Below are positions 1 through 9,670 of a DNA stretch of 64,000 bases, piece after piece. The notes beneath the pieces are model-generated. The model saw nothing but the letters and a program-made list of their open reading frames with translations. It was not told the origin of the DNA and searched no databases. The stretch is from assembly GCA_017544805.1 (NCBI GenBank), contig JAFYDK010000015.1, positions 6,858-70,857 on the forward strand, given 5' to 3'. A program made the translations under genes and the position numbers. Source of the DNA: Bacteroidales bacterium (GTDB lineage: Bacteria > Bacteroidota > Bacteroidia > Bacteroidales > UBA3824). Each line of letters opens with the position of its first letter. Within the stretch, counting starts at the first letter, position 1.

Positions 1-2204
1 CAGATTGGGAGAAAATTTCAAACAATCAAACCTCAAAATTTGAAGAACTAAAAAACCGCAAAGGACATTGTTCTATTTGGAAACTTGACACAACAAGCAC
101 AGGCATAATCGGCGGCAGCGAAAAAGGTCTTTTTTTAATAGAAAACAACCGCATCGAACTCATTGACGCTAATTCAGAACGAAATATCCGCACTTTTATC
201 CGCCCGAGAGAAAATCCAAACGTTCTTATAGCCGGCGGCGGTTTAGGACTTTCACTTTTTGCAAAAGAAAACGGCAAATGGAATTATAAATCGGGCATTA
301 AAAATTTCAGCGAATATTCGCGTCATATCGTTCAAGACAAAAACGGAGATTTTTGGATTTCGGAAAAAACAAAAGGCATTTTCAGAATAAGGCTCAACAA
401 AAATTACGACAGCGTAATATCATGCGAAACCTTCAACAAAAGTTCGGGTCTAAAGGCAAACATAGAAAATTATCTTTTCAAAGCAAAAGACGAATTAGTT
501 TTTTGCACATTAAACGGTTTTTATAAATATGACAGTTTAACTAATTCAATGAAAGAATTTTCCAAACTTAATTATTTTAACGAAAAACCCGTTGCGGATT
601 TTCTTTATTGCGACGAAAAAAACAATATTTGGATAAAACACATCGAAACCTCGCCGAAAGATTCCGTTACAAAATTCTGGTCGCTTGAAAAACTTGAAAT
701 CCAAGGCGACAGCGTTTCAAAAGTAATAAAAAACAGGTTTATTCCGCTTAGAAACAAAATCAATTCTTTTGTTTCAATCGGCGGTGGTTGTTACATAATC
801 GGCGATAAAGACAGATTCGTGCATTATGACGAAAATATCAAAAAATCTTTTGAAGAGCCTTATCCGGCTTTTATTAGAAGCGTTGAAACAATCAACGGCG
901 ATTCTTTGGTTTTTGAAGGCACTTTTACTGACGAAAATTTAAGAATAGTTTCAAAACAGGAAATACCGATTGTTTTGCCGTACGAATACAACGGACTGAA
1001 ATTTAGTTTTTCGGCGGCTTATTACGAATATCCCGAAAACATTTCATACAAATTCATTTTGGAAAACAACGACAAAGATTGGAGCGATTGGAAAAAAGAA
1101 AACACGAAAGAATATTCCAACCTTTGGCCCGGCACTTATACTTTCAAAGTAAAAGCTATCAACAATTACCTCTGTCAAAGCACGGAAGCAGAAATCACCG
1201 TTAAAATTTTACCGCCATGGTATTTAACATCTTGGGCATTTGTACTTTACGCCATTTTACTTATACTTTTGGTAAAAGCAGTTGTAAAAATCAACATACG
1301 CAGACTTGAACACGAAAAAGAAGTTTTGGAGAAAACCGTAAGCGAACGCACCGCCGAAATCGTAAAACAAAAGGACGAAATCCTAAAGCAAAACAATGAA
1401 ATTCAAAAGCGTAATAATGTCATTACCGAAAAAAATAATGCCATAACAGCAAGTATCCGATATGCAAAACGCATTCAAAAAGCCATGCTGCCTCTGCAAA
1501 ACGATATTGCTCAGGCATTACCGGAACATTTCATTTTGTTCCGTCCAAGAGATATTGTATCAGGAGATTTTTATTGGTTCAAAGAAACTCCCACACATAT
1601 CATAATCACAGCCGTTGATTGCACAGGACACGGTGTCCCGGGAGCATTTATGAGTATGTTAGGCGCAGAAACTTTAACAACAATAGTCAGCAAAGGATTT
1701 TCATCAGCCGCAGAAATTCTCACAAAACAAAACGAATATATCAGAAAAGCATTAAAACAAGAAACTAACAACAATCAAGACGGCATGGATATGGCTCTTT
1801 GTTCTATTGACAAAAAACGCAGAGTCCTGGAATTTGCCGGTGCGATGAATCCTTTGGTTTATATTCAAAACGGTGAACTCAAAAGCATTAAAGCCGATTT
1901 GCAGGGAATAGGCGGGGTTCAATACCATGAAAATTTCCGTTTCACCAAGCATGAAATTCCATTAACAGAGACTCCTACTTGGTTTTATATTTATTCTGAC
2001 GGTTTTGAAGACCAATTCGGGGGCAAAAACCACAAAAAATTCATGTCAAAAAACCTTAAAAAACTTTTGCTCGAAATACATTCAAAGCCGAAAGAAAAAC
2101 AGCGTGAAATTTTAGACAATACAATTGAAGAATGGATACACAGTTCACCTCAAGAAGACAACGAACAAATGGATGATATTTTAATAATAGGATTTTGTAT
2201 CTAA
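1..2204 (+). CDS. Sensor PP2C phosphatase, 5'-truncated by the window edge: beta-propeller/Y_Y_Y periplasmic sensor, TM, coiled coil, SpoIIE/PP2C domain
   Basis: The frame of ORF 549..2204 stays open back to nt 3 (DWEKISNNQ...), so the gene starts upstream of the window. Y_Y_Y-type segment YEYNGLKFSFSAAYYEYPENISYKF...WPGTYTFKVKAIN. One TM (WAFVLYAILLILLV) and a heptad-rich linker. PP2C/SpoIIE motifs RDIVSGDFYWF, AVDCTGHGVPGAFMSMLG and DDILIIGF. Confidence 0.8.
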   Translation, partial: DWEKISNNQTSKFEELKNRKGHCSIWKLDTTSTGIIGGSEKGLFLIENNRIELIDANSERNIRTFIRPRENPNVLIAGGGLGLSLFAKENGKWNYKSGIKNFSEYSRHIVQDKNGDFWISEKTKGIFRIRLNKNYDSVISCETFNKSSGLKANIENYLFKAKDELVFCTLNGFYKYDSLTNSMKEFSKLNYFNEKPVADFLYCDEKNNIWIKHIETSPKDSVTKFWSLEKLEIQGDSVSKVIKNRFIPLRNKINSFVSIGGGCYIIGDKDRFVHYDENIKKSFEEPYPAFIRSVETINGDSLVFEGTFTDENLRIVSKQEIPIVLPYEYNGLKFSFSAAYYEYPENISYKFILENNDKDWSDWKKENTKEYSNLWPGTYTFKVKAINNYLCQSTEAEITVKILPPWYLTSWAFVLYAILLILLVKAVVKINIRRLEHEKEVLEKTVSERTAEIVKQKDEILKQNNEIQKRNNVITEKNNAITASIRYAKRIQKAMLPLQNDIAQALPEHFILFRPRDIVSGDFYWFKETPTHIIITAVDCTGHGVPGAFMSMLGAETLTTIVSKGFSSAAEILTKQNEYIRKALKQETNNNQDGMDMALCSIDKKRRVLEFAGAMNPLVYIQNGELKSIKADLQGIGGVQYHENFRFTKHEIPLTETPTWFYIYSDGFEDQFGGKNHKKFMSKNLKKLLLEIHSKPKEKQREILDNTIEEWIHSSPQEDNEQMDDILIIGFCI

Positions 2205-2262
2205 TTTTTCTTCAAGACATTAATTTTTAATTATTTTTATTTTTTTATTCAAAAAATTGCAC

Positions 2263-2270
2263 TAATTTTG
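2263..2270 (+). promoter_or_regulatory. Bacteroidota -7 promoter box (TAnnTTTG)
   Basis: TAATTTTG about 40 nt upstream of the ATG at 2310. Confidence 0.4.
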
Positions 2271-2309
2271 CGTTCTTACATAGGAATAATGTTTACTTAA
2301 ATTTAGACT

Positions 2310-4334
2310 ATGAAATTCAACTTTAGAAATATTTTATTTGCACTTTTAGCGGGATTTTTGCTTGTAAAAACTACCAATGTTAAAGCTGAAGGCTCAGCTG
2401 AAATTGATAGTTTGATACGCATTGCAGAAAAAGCCCCTGAAGATGAAAAAAGTAAGCATTATGTTAATATATGTTGGAAACTCAGAAATTTTAATCCGGC
2501 TTCTGCTCTTGATTACGGCAAAAAAGCATTAAAATACGCAGAAAAATTCAACGATACGATTCAAATTCTCAAAGCAGAAAGTTTTATCGGAGTATGTTTC
2601 AGAAATTTAAGCGAATACGACTCGGCATTTAAATATTATTCTGAAGGATTGGATTTAGCCACAAAAGTAAACGCCAAAGATCAAATCGCATATTCGCATA
2701 TCAACATGGGAAATCTTTTTCTCTATCACGACGAATACACGAAAGCAAAAACAGAATTGAATCAAGCCTTAGACGTAGCTCAAGAAATTCAGGATTCCTC
2801 GATATTGGGATACATTTACATCAACCTCGGACGCACACATTTGAGCTTGGGACATATAGACTCGGCAACAACATATTTGGAAGAATGTGAAAAAATCCGC
2901 ATCGAAAAGCATGAAGACTGGGACAAAATTGCAACCACAAAAAAATATCTCGGTGATGTGTCAATAGCAAAAAAAGATTTTTCCTCGGCTCTGAAATATT
3001 ACAAAGAGGCTATCAGTAAAGACAACGAAATCAAAGACATAGACCTTTTGAGCGACCTTTACGGCATGATTTCAAGTGCGTACATGGGTTTGAATCAAAA
3101 CGACAGCGCACTTTGTTATGCTCAAAAATGTCTTGAAATTTCGAACCTTTTCGGAATAGATTTTCGCATAAAAAACGCTTATAAATATCTCGGCGATGTT
3201 TATGCAAAAATGGGTAATCTACCAAAAGCCTTTCAACAATACGAAAACGTAATGGCATACGCTGATACATTTCTTAATGCGAGAAAATCCTTCAACATGA
3301 AAAGAATGGAATACCGTCTTGAACAAATCCGAAGAGAAAACGAAATTACAATTCTCAAAAAAGACCAAGAAATCCAAAAATATGTACTTTTGAGTTTTGC
3401 ATTGATTTCTATAATGATTGTCGGAGCTGTTATCTTCTTGATTGTCAGAATTAAGAAGACAAAAAAAATTAACGGTATCCTAAAAGCTCAAAAAGACGAA
3501 ATCTCAGCAAGAAACGAAGAAATTTCCTCACAAAGGGATATTCTGCAAAAACAAAACAAACAACTTGCCGACCAGAAAAAAGAAATTACAGACTCGATAA
3601 ACTATGCTCAACGCATTCAGTTTTCGATGTTGCCGGAAGAAGAAATCTTAAAAAATTATTTCACTGACGGTTTTATTTATTACCGTCCTAAAGACGTTGT
3701 CAGCGGCGACTTCTTCAAAGTCTTTTATGACGAAGATTATTTTATACTTTTGGCGGCAGATTGTACCGGACACGGTGTACCAGGAGCTTTTATGAGTATG
3801 CTCGGCATGACTGCTTTCAACGAAATCGTCGGCAAAGAAGGAGAAAGAAACCCTGCAAAAATTATGAACGCCATGAGAGAGATGATTAAGAAAACCCTAA
3901 AACAAAATATAAAAGACGAAATGAAATCGCAGGACGGTATGGACGCAGCCCTTATAATAATTGACAAAAAAACTAACATACTTTATTATTCGGGTGCTCA
4001 TATTCCGTTCCTTTGTTACAGAGGCGAAGAAGAAATAGTCATAAAACCCGTACACAATCCGGTAGGCGTTTATATCTGCGAACGCCCCTTTGTTACGGAA
4101 GAGCTAAAACTCCAAAAAGGCGATAAAATTTATCTTGCAAGCGACGGCTATCAGTCACAATTCGGCGGCTCAAGCGACCGCGTAATGAAAACCTCAGGCT
4201 ACAGAAAAATCTTAAAAGAAATTCGTTCTTACAATATGAGTTTTCAGAAGAAACTACTTGAAGACAAATTTCTTTCATGGAAAGGCGATACAAAACAGAC
4301 GGACGATGTTTTGGTCGTTGGTTTGGAGGTTTAA
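2310..4334 (+). CDS. Sensor PP2C phosphatase: signal peptide, TPR repeats, TM, coiled coil, SpoIIE/PP2C domain
   Basis: N-terminal signal MKFNFRNILFALLAGFLLVKTTNVKA. Multiple TPR-like units (YYSEGLDLATKV, YYKEAISKD, YAQKCLEIS, YENVMAYAD). TM YVLLSFALISIMIVGAVIFLIV. PP2C motifs KDVVSGDFFKV, AADCTGHGVPGAFMSMLG and DDVLVVGL. The C-terminal half is paralogous to the preceding gene. Confidence 0.8.
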   Translation: MKFNFRNILFALLAGFLLVKTTNVKAEGSAEIDSLIRIAEKAPEDEKSKHYVNICWKLRNFNPASALDYGKKALKYAEKFNDTIQILKAESFIGVCFRNLSEYDSAFKYYSEGLDLATKVNAKDQIAYSHINMGNLFLYHDEYTKAKTELNQALDVAQEIQDSSILGYIYINLGRTHLSLGHIDSATTYLEECEKIRIEKHEDWDKIATTKKYLGDVSIAKKDFSSALKYYKEAISKDNEIKDIDLLSDLYGMISSAYMGLNQNDSALCYAQKCLEISNLFGIDFRIKNAYKYLGDVYAKMGNLPKAFQQYENVMAYADTFLNARKSFNMKRMEYRLEQIRRENEITILKKDQEIQKYVLLSFALISIMIVGAVIFLIVRIKKTKKINGILKAQKDEISARNEEISSQRDILQKQNKQLADQKKEITDSINYAQRIQFSMLPEEEILKNYFTDGFIYYRPKDVVSGDFFKVFYDEDYFILLAADCTGHGVPGAFMSMLGMTAFNEIVGKEGERNPAKIMNAMREMIKKTLKQNIKDEMKSQDGMDAALIIIDKKTNILYYSGAHIPFLCYRGEEEIVIKPVHNPVGVYICERPFVTEELKLQKGDKIYLASDGYQSQFGGSSDRVMKTSGYRKILKEIRSYNMSFQKKLLEDKFLSWKGDTKQTDDVLVVGLEV

Positions 4335-4355
4335 TCATTCAAAAATTTTAATAAA

Positions 4356-5498
4356 GTGAAAAGATGTTTTAAATTAATTTCGGTGTTGCTTTTAGCGGCA
4401 TCGGTTATCAGTTCATGCGGTACAAATACCGCTCAAGAAAAAAGCGAAGGCTTCAAAATTAAACGCGGAACAAATCTCAGTCATTGGCTCTCACAAAGCA
4501 CCGTCAGAGGCGAAGAACGCAAAAATCATATTCAAGAAGATGACTTCGCACGATTGGACAGTTTAGGTTTTGATCACGTAAGAATTCCTATCGACGAAGA
4601 ACAATTTTGGGACGAACAAGGCAACAAATTGCCCGAGGCTTGGAGTCTTCTTAAAAACGCCCTCAACCTTGCACGCAAATACAATATCCGTGCAATAGTA
4701 GACCTTCACATTATCCGTGCGCATTATTTTAACGCGGCAAACGAAGGCGGCAAAAATACGCTTTTTACAGACGAAAAAGCACAGGAAGGTCTTATTAACC
4801 TTTGGGGACAACTTCAAGATTCACTTATAAATTTCTCTACCGATTGGGTAGCATACGAGTTTATGAACGAACCCGTAGCCGAGGAACACGAACAATGGAA
4901 CAACGTTATCGCAAAAGTTCATAAAGCTATCCGCAAACGTGAACCGAACCGTACCTTAGTTATCGGTTCAAACCGTTGGCAAGGTGTTGAAACATTCAAA
5001 TACTTGAAAGTTCCCGAAAACGACAAAAACATTATTCTCAGTTTCCATTATTACAACCCGATGATTGTAACGCATTACGGTGCATGGTGGACCAATTTGA
5101 AAGATTTTCACGGTAAGGTTACTTACCCGGGAATTCCTGTTTCAAAAGAAGTTTATGAGGCTACACCCGATAGTATAAAACCTTTTATTGAGCAATACAC
5201 AACTGAAGAATGGAACAAAGAGAAGATTTATTCTCAAATGAAAGATGCTATTGATGTTGCTAAAAAATACGGTCTGCAACTATTCTGCGGCGAATGGGGA
5301 GTTTATTGCCCCGTTGACAGAGATTTGGCATACGCTTGGACAAAAGATATGCTCCAAGTTTTTGACGAGTTCAACGTAGCATGGACAACTTGGTGTTACG
5401 ATGCAGATTTCGGATTTTGGGATCAAGAAAAACATTGTTTCAAAGACAAACCTTTAGCAGAAATGTTAGGAGGGAAAAAACAAAAAACAAGAAAATAA
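4356..5498 (+). CDS. Glycoside hydrolase family 5 (cellulase/mannanase-type) lipoprotein
   Basis: GTG start 21 nt after the previous stop. Lipoprotein-like signal LLLAASVISSCG. GH5 acid/base motif YEFMNEP and nucleophile motif FCGEWG. Also RGTNLSHWL and HVRIPI. Confidence 0.75.
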   Translation: MKRCFKLISVLLLAASVISSCGTNTAQEKSEGFKIKRGTNLSHWLSQSTVRGEERKNHIQEDDFARLDSLGFDHVRIPIDEEQFWDEQGNKLPEAWSLLKNALNLARKYNIRAIVDLHIIRAHYFNAANEGGKNTLFTDEKAQEGLINLWGQLQDSLINFSTDWVAYEFMNEPVAEEHEQWNNVIAKVHKAIRKREPNRTLVIGSNRWQGVETFKYLKVPENDKNIILSFHYYNPMIVTHYGAWWTNLKDFHGKVTYPGIPVSKEVYEATPDSIKPFIEQYTTEEWNKEKIYSQMKDAIDVAKKYGLQLFCGEWGVYCPVDRDLAYAWTKDMLQVFDEFNVAWTTWCYDADFGFWDQEKHCFKDKPLAEMLGGKKQKTRK

Positions 5499-5519
5499 AA
5501 TAGTAAATAAATAAAGGAA

Positions 5520-7454
5520 ATGCCGAAAAAAGAATTAATAAAAATTCCCGCAATACAATATGCGGTAAATTATTTTTTTGCATTTGCACTTTTTCTTTTG
5601 TGCAGAATTATTTTTATAATAGCTAACAAAGAATATTATAGCGACACGGAATTTTCTCATTTATTGAAACTTATATATGGAGGCTTAAAGTTTGACTTTG
5701 CCTCCATTTTTTACCTTTCGGCAGTAAGTTTTTTTATGATGATAATTCCCATGAAATTCTCTCTAAAAAGCACTTACACGAAAATTGCGAAATATTTTTT
5801 TGTTATTCCCGTTTCCATCGGACTTTTCGCCAATCTTTATGATACGGCAATGTTTCCTTTCAACGGAAGACGCACGAATTTTTCATTTTTCAAAGAGTTT
5901 TCCAACGAAAACAATCTTTTAGGAGTTTTATTGAAAGGTTTTGTGGATTTTTGGCCGCTGACACTTGCCGCCGCCGTAATGATTTTTTGCCTTGTAAAAT
6001 TTTATTACCGTCCGAAAATCAAAGAAGAGGATTTTTTAGATAAAAAATACACTCTTAAAGTACTTCCGATAACATTGCTTTTCATTTATTTTTTCATGGC
6101 AGGTTTAAGGGGTTCGCTCATAATTGATGCCGATCACAGACCTATGAACATGAACAACGCTAACGAATACATAAAGAAAAGTAACGAATCGGCTATCGTA
6201 TTAAACACGCCGTATTGTATTTTGCGCACAGCAGGAAAAATTTCGTTCAGCGACCCCGATTATTTTCCAAAAGACGAACTTGAAACTATTTATACCCCAT
6301 TGCACACACCTAAAAAGGAAAAAGAATTTAAAAAGCTCAACGTCGTAATCTTAATTTTAGAAAGTTTCGGCAAAGAATATTCCGGTTTTTTCAACAATAA
6401 TGAAGGTTATACGCCTTTTTTGGATTCGCTTTATCAACAAGGTCTTTCTTTTAAAAATTCCTTTGCAACGGGCAGAAAATCCATAGATGCAATGCCGAGT
6501 ATTTTAGCAGGCATACCGTATCTGACCGATCATTTCTTTATGGGAATGTATTCTAACAACAAAGTCAATAGCATTGCTTCACTTTTGAAAACAAAAGGTT
6601 ATTATACAGCATTTTATCACGGTGCACCAAACGGCAGCATGGGCTTTTTGAATTTTTCAAAATTAGCCGGTTTTGAGGATTATTACGGCATGACAGAATA
6701 TTGCAACGATACCCGTTTCAATGCAATGAACGATTTTGACGGACATTGGGCAATTTGGGACGAAGAATTTTTGCAATTTTACGCCAAAAGCATGAACGAA
6801 ATACCACAACCCTTTGTAACAGCGTGTTTTACGGCAACATCCCACAATCCGTTCAGAATACCTGAAAAATACAAAGAAAGGTTTCAAGAAGGTCCACAAC
6901 CTATTACAAAATGTATTCAATACACCGACAATGCGATAAGGAATTTTTTCAACACCATGAAAAAATATCCGTGGTACGAAAACACGGTTTTTGTTATAAC
7001 CGCTGACCATACAAATCAGACGTTAAGCCATGAATACACAACCGACAGAAATGTTTTTAAAGTTCCGATTCTGTTTTATCATCCGGGCAGCAATATCAAA
7101 AAGATTTCGCCAAAACTTGTATGTCAAACAGATATAACGCCTTCGATTTTGGATTATCTCGGTTTTGATGAGCCGTATATCGCTTTCGGCAATTCGTTTT
7201 TCTCTCAAACAGACACTTTGGGATATGTCGTAAATTACAGCGAACCGCTTTATCAAATTTCTAAAGGAGAATTTTTCTTGCAGTTTGACGGACAAAAAGA
7301 AACCGGATTTTTTAAACCCGAAACTGACATTTTCTTAAAAGATAACCTCATCGGAACACACAAAGAAGAGGAAGATGAAATGTTAAAACTATTAAAAGCC
7401 GAAATTCAGCAATACCATGAAAGAATGATTGAAAACAGATTAACGGTTCAATAA
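5520..7454 (+). CDS. LTA-synthase/phosphoglycerol-transferase-like sulfatase-superfamily membrane protein
   Basis: About 5 N-terminal TM helices, then an alkaline-phosphatase/sulfatase-type domain (VVILILESFGKEYSG, GRKSIDAMPSILAG, FVITADHT). Confidence 0.7.
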   Translation: MPKKELIKIPAIQYAVNYFFAFALFLLCRIIFIIANKEYYSDTEFSHLLKLIYGGLKFDFASIFYLSAVSFFMMIIPMKFSLKSTYTKIAKYFFVIPVSIGLFANLYDTAMFPFNGRRTNFSFFKEFSNENNLLGVLLKGFVDFWPLTLAAAVMIFCLVKFYYRPKIKEEDFLDKKYTLKVLPITLLFIYFFMAGLRGSLIIDADHRPMNMNNANEYIKKSNESAIVLNTPYCILRTAGKISFSDPDYFPKDELETIYTPLHTPKKEKEFKKLNVVILILESFGKEYSGFFNNNEGYTPFLDSLYQQGLSFKNSFATGRKSIDAMPSILAGIPYLTDHFFMGMYSNNKVNSIASLLKTKGYYTAFYHGAPNGSMGFLNFSKLAGFEDYYGMTEYCNDTRFNAMNDFDGHWAIWDEEFLQFYAKSMNEIPQPFVTACFTATSHNPFRIPEKYKERFQEGPQPITKCIQYTDNAIRNFFNTMKKYPWYENTVFVITADHTNQTLSHEYTTDRNVFKVPILFYHPGSNIKKISPKLVCQTDITPSILDYLGFDEPYIAFGNSFFSQTDTLGYVVNYSEPLYQISKGEFFLQFDGQKETGFFKPETDIFLKDNLIGTHKEEEDEMLKLLKAEIQQYHERMIENRLTVQ

Positions 7455-7518
7455 AACTTTTTTTTTAATTCATATCCGATTTTTTATCTCAGATATTTGC
7501 CGTTAATTAATATTTTTC

Positions 7519-7526
7519 TATTTTTG
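7519..7526 (+). promoter_or_regulatory. Bacteroidota -7 promoter box (TAnnTTTG)
   Basis: TATTTTTG about 39 nt upstream of the ATG at 7565. Confidence 0.4.
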
Positions 7527-7564
7527 TGGTGTAAAAATTACATTTTTAAATTATAATTAATATT

Positions 7565-9538
7565 ATGTTAAAAAAATTACTTTCATTATCGCTGACAACA
7601 GTTTCGGCACTGAGTCTTATGGCACAAGCTCCTGCCGGTGGTAAAAAAATCAGCGACGAACTTATCGGCATATTTTTCGAGGACATCAGTTCTTCGGCAG
7701 ACGGCGGACTTTCTGCAGAAATGGTTCAAAATGGCTCGTTTGAATACAGCCCCATAGAAAGAGACGGCTGGGGTGCAGGCTCTTTTTGGAAATTTATTCG
7801 CCCCGGACATTCGCTCGGATACATCGAACCGCGTCAGCAAAATCCTATTCATCCCAACAATCCTAACTACATGCACGTAAAAGTAGAACGTGTAAAAGAG
7901 TATTACGATTACAAAGGTTGGAAAGGTGCAGGACTTCAAAACGACGGCTTTGAAGGTTTCAGTGTAAAAAAAGGTGCAAAATACGATTTCTCGGCATTTG
8001 TTCGCAATACCGACGGCAAGGAAAAAGAATTTCGCATAGTTTTGGTTGTTCCCGCTCCTTGGGGTCAAGACCCGAAGGCAATTGGCGAGGCTACAATTAA
8101 AGCCTCAGGCAGCGATTGGAAAAAAGAATCTGCTACTATCGAAGTAACAGAAGATTGCAAAAACGCTATTCTCCAAGTTTTGTGTTTGACAGTAGGCGAA
8201 TTTGATATTGATATGGTATCGCTCTATCCTCAAGAGACTTTCAAAGGTCATGGCCTTAGAAAAGACTTGGCTCAGGCTTTGGCAGATTTGAATCCTAAAT
8301 TCATGCGTTTCCCGGGCGGTTGCGTAGTTCACGGCGGCGGCGACGGTTTCTGGAATACTTACCGTTGGAAAAATACTGTTGGACCCAAAGAACAACGTAA
8401 ACCCTTGAAAAACACTTGGGGTTATCATCAATCAATGTCAATCGGATATTTTGAATATTTCCAATTTTGCGAAGACCTTGGAATGCAGCCCGTTCCGATT
8501 TTGCCTTGCGGTGTAAGTTGTCAGGGTACTAACGGTGGTTGGAATATGTGGCCGACACAGGCTCAAGATGCCTGCCCGATGTCAGATATGGACGAATGGA
8601 CACAAGACGCTCTCGACCTTATCGAATGGGCTAACGGCGATGTTAATACCAAATGGGGAAAAGTTCGTGCCGATGCAGGCCATCCAAAACCGTTCAACCT
8701 CAAATATTTAGGAATTGGAAACGAGGAAAAAATCACTCCCGAATTTGAAGAACGTTTCAAATATATGTACGACAAAATCACGGCTAAATATCCTGATATT
8801 GTGATTGTTGGTACAGCAGGCCCGGGTTCTCACAAAGGCAATCCTGACTACGACGAGGGTTGGAAATTTGCTGAAAAAATCGGTCTTCCTATTCTCGACG
8901 AACACTATTACGAACAAAGAGATTATTTCTTGACATCACGTCAGTATGATAGTTATCCGAGAAATCGCAAAACCAAAGTTTATTTGGGCGAATATGCCTC
9001 AAAAGACAAAAAACTTATCGACGCTCTTGCAGAAGGACTTTATCTTTTGCACGTAGAAAAGAATGGCGATGTAGTTGTCATGACATCATACGCCCCCTTA
9101 TTCGCACGTAAAAATGCAACAAATTGGAATCCCGATTTGATTTATTTTGACAACGAAAAGCCTTATCTTACATGTAGTTACTATGTTCAGCAGATGTTCG
9201 GACAATCCTCTGGCGACTATTACTACGGCGATTGCGTAACATTCAACCGCAAAAACGATAATCTTCTTGGTCAATCAGTGGTTTTTGACAGCAAGTCGAA
9301 AAAACTTTACGTAAAAATCTGTAATGCAAGCAGCGAAACCGCTCAAGCAAACATTGATTTAACTAAGTTTAAAATCAAAGGCAATGCTGAAAAAACCGTA
9401 ATTTCCGGCAATCCTATGGACGAGAACAACTACGAAAAACAGCCAATCGTTCCGATTACCGAAAACGTATTGCTCAAAGCAAAAGGCGTAGAAAAAATTG
9501 AACCATACTCAATTACAATGTGGACAATTCAGTTGTAA
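7565..9538 (+). CDS. Alpha-L-arabinofuranosidase, GH51-like, secreted
   Basis: Signal peptide ending MAQA. N-terminal GIFFEDISSSADGGLSAEMVQNGSFE is typical of Bacteroidota GH51. Also FMRFPGGC and the catalytic-region motif YLGIGNEE. About 657 aa. Confidence 0.7.
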   Translation: MLKKLLSLSLTTVSALSLMAQAPAGGKKISDELIGIFFEDISSSADGGLSAEMVQNGSFEYSPIERDGWGAGSFWKFIRPGHSLGYIEPRQQNPIHPNNPNYMHVKVERVKEYYDYKGWKGAGLQNDGFEGFSVKKGAKYDFSAFVRNTDGKEKEFRIVLVVPAPWGQDPKAIGEATIKASGSDWKKESATIEVTEDCKNAILQVLCLTVGEFDIDMVSLYPQETFKGHGLRKDLAQALADLNPKFMRFPGGCVVHGGGDGFWNTYRWKNTVGPKEQRKPLKNTWGYHQSMSIGYFEYFQFCEDLGMQPVPILPCGVSCQGTNGGWNMWPTQAQDACPMSDMDEWTQDALDLIEWANGDVNTKWGKVRADAGHPKPFNLKYLGIGNEEKITPEFEERFKYMYDKITAKYPDIVIVGTAGPGSHKGNPDYDEGWKFAEKIGLPILDEHYYEQRDYFLTSRQYDSYPRNRKTKVYLGEYASKDKKLIDALAEGLYLLHVEKNGDVVVMTSYAPLFARKNATNWNPDLIYFDNEKPYLTCSYYVQQMFGQSSGDYYYGDCVTFNRKNDNLLGQSVVFDSKSKKLYVKICNASSETAQANIDLTKFKIKGNAEKTVISGNPMDENNYEKQPIVPITENVLLKAKGVEKIEPYSITMWTIQL

Positions 9539-9562
9539 TTTTCAAATAACTTTTTAGTTTAA

Positions 9563-9602
9563 AAGAGGTTGTACAAAACATTGAAGTACAACCTCTTTTT
9601 TT
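9563..9602 (+). terminator. Rho-independent terminator after the GH51 gene
   Basis: Stem aagaggttgtac / gtacaacctctt followed by a T-run. Confidence 0.8.
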
Positions 9603-9625
9603 ATTCTGATAATTCAGTATTTTTA

Positions 9626-9633
9626 TATATTTG
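9626..9633 (+). promoter_or_regulatory. Bacteroidota -7 promoter box (TAnnTTTG)
   Basis: TATATTTG about 38 nt upstream of the ATG at 9671. Confidence 0.4.
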
Positions 9634-9670
9634 TACCATCAAACTAAAAAAACTTTTTCAAAAAAAAGAA

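Noticed and set aside
7586-8068. Antisense ORFs embedded in clear genes: 26..277, 7586..8068, 8105..8431, 10823..11260, 12603..12920, 14386..14904, 15866..16210, 32744..33085, 39156..39485, 45124..45441, 50401..50844, 50863..51162 and 61173..61490.
   Set aside because: Each lies wholly inside, and opposite to, an ORF with strong family motifs. The translations are low-complexity or compositionally odd, and none has an independent promoter or terminator signal.
9569-9670. A 34-codon N-terminal extension of the ABC exporter ORF.
   Set aside because: The extension starts inside the upstream terminator and contains the TATATTTG -7 box. The ATG at 9671 (MSLKQLF) gives a normal exporter N-terminus.
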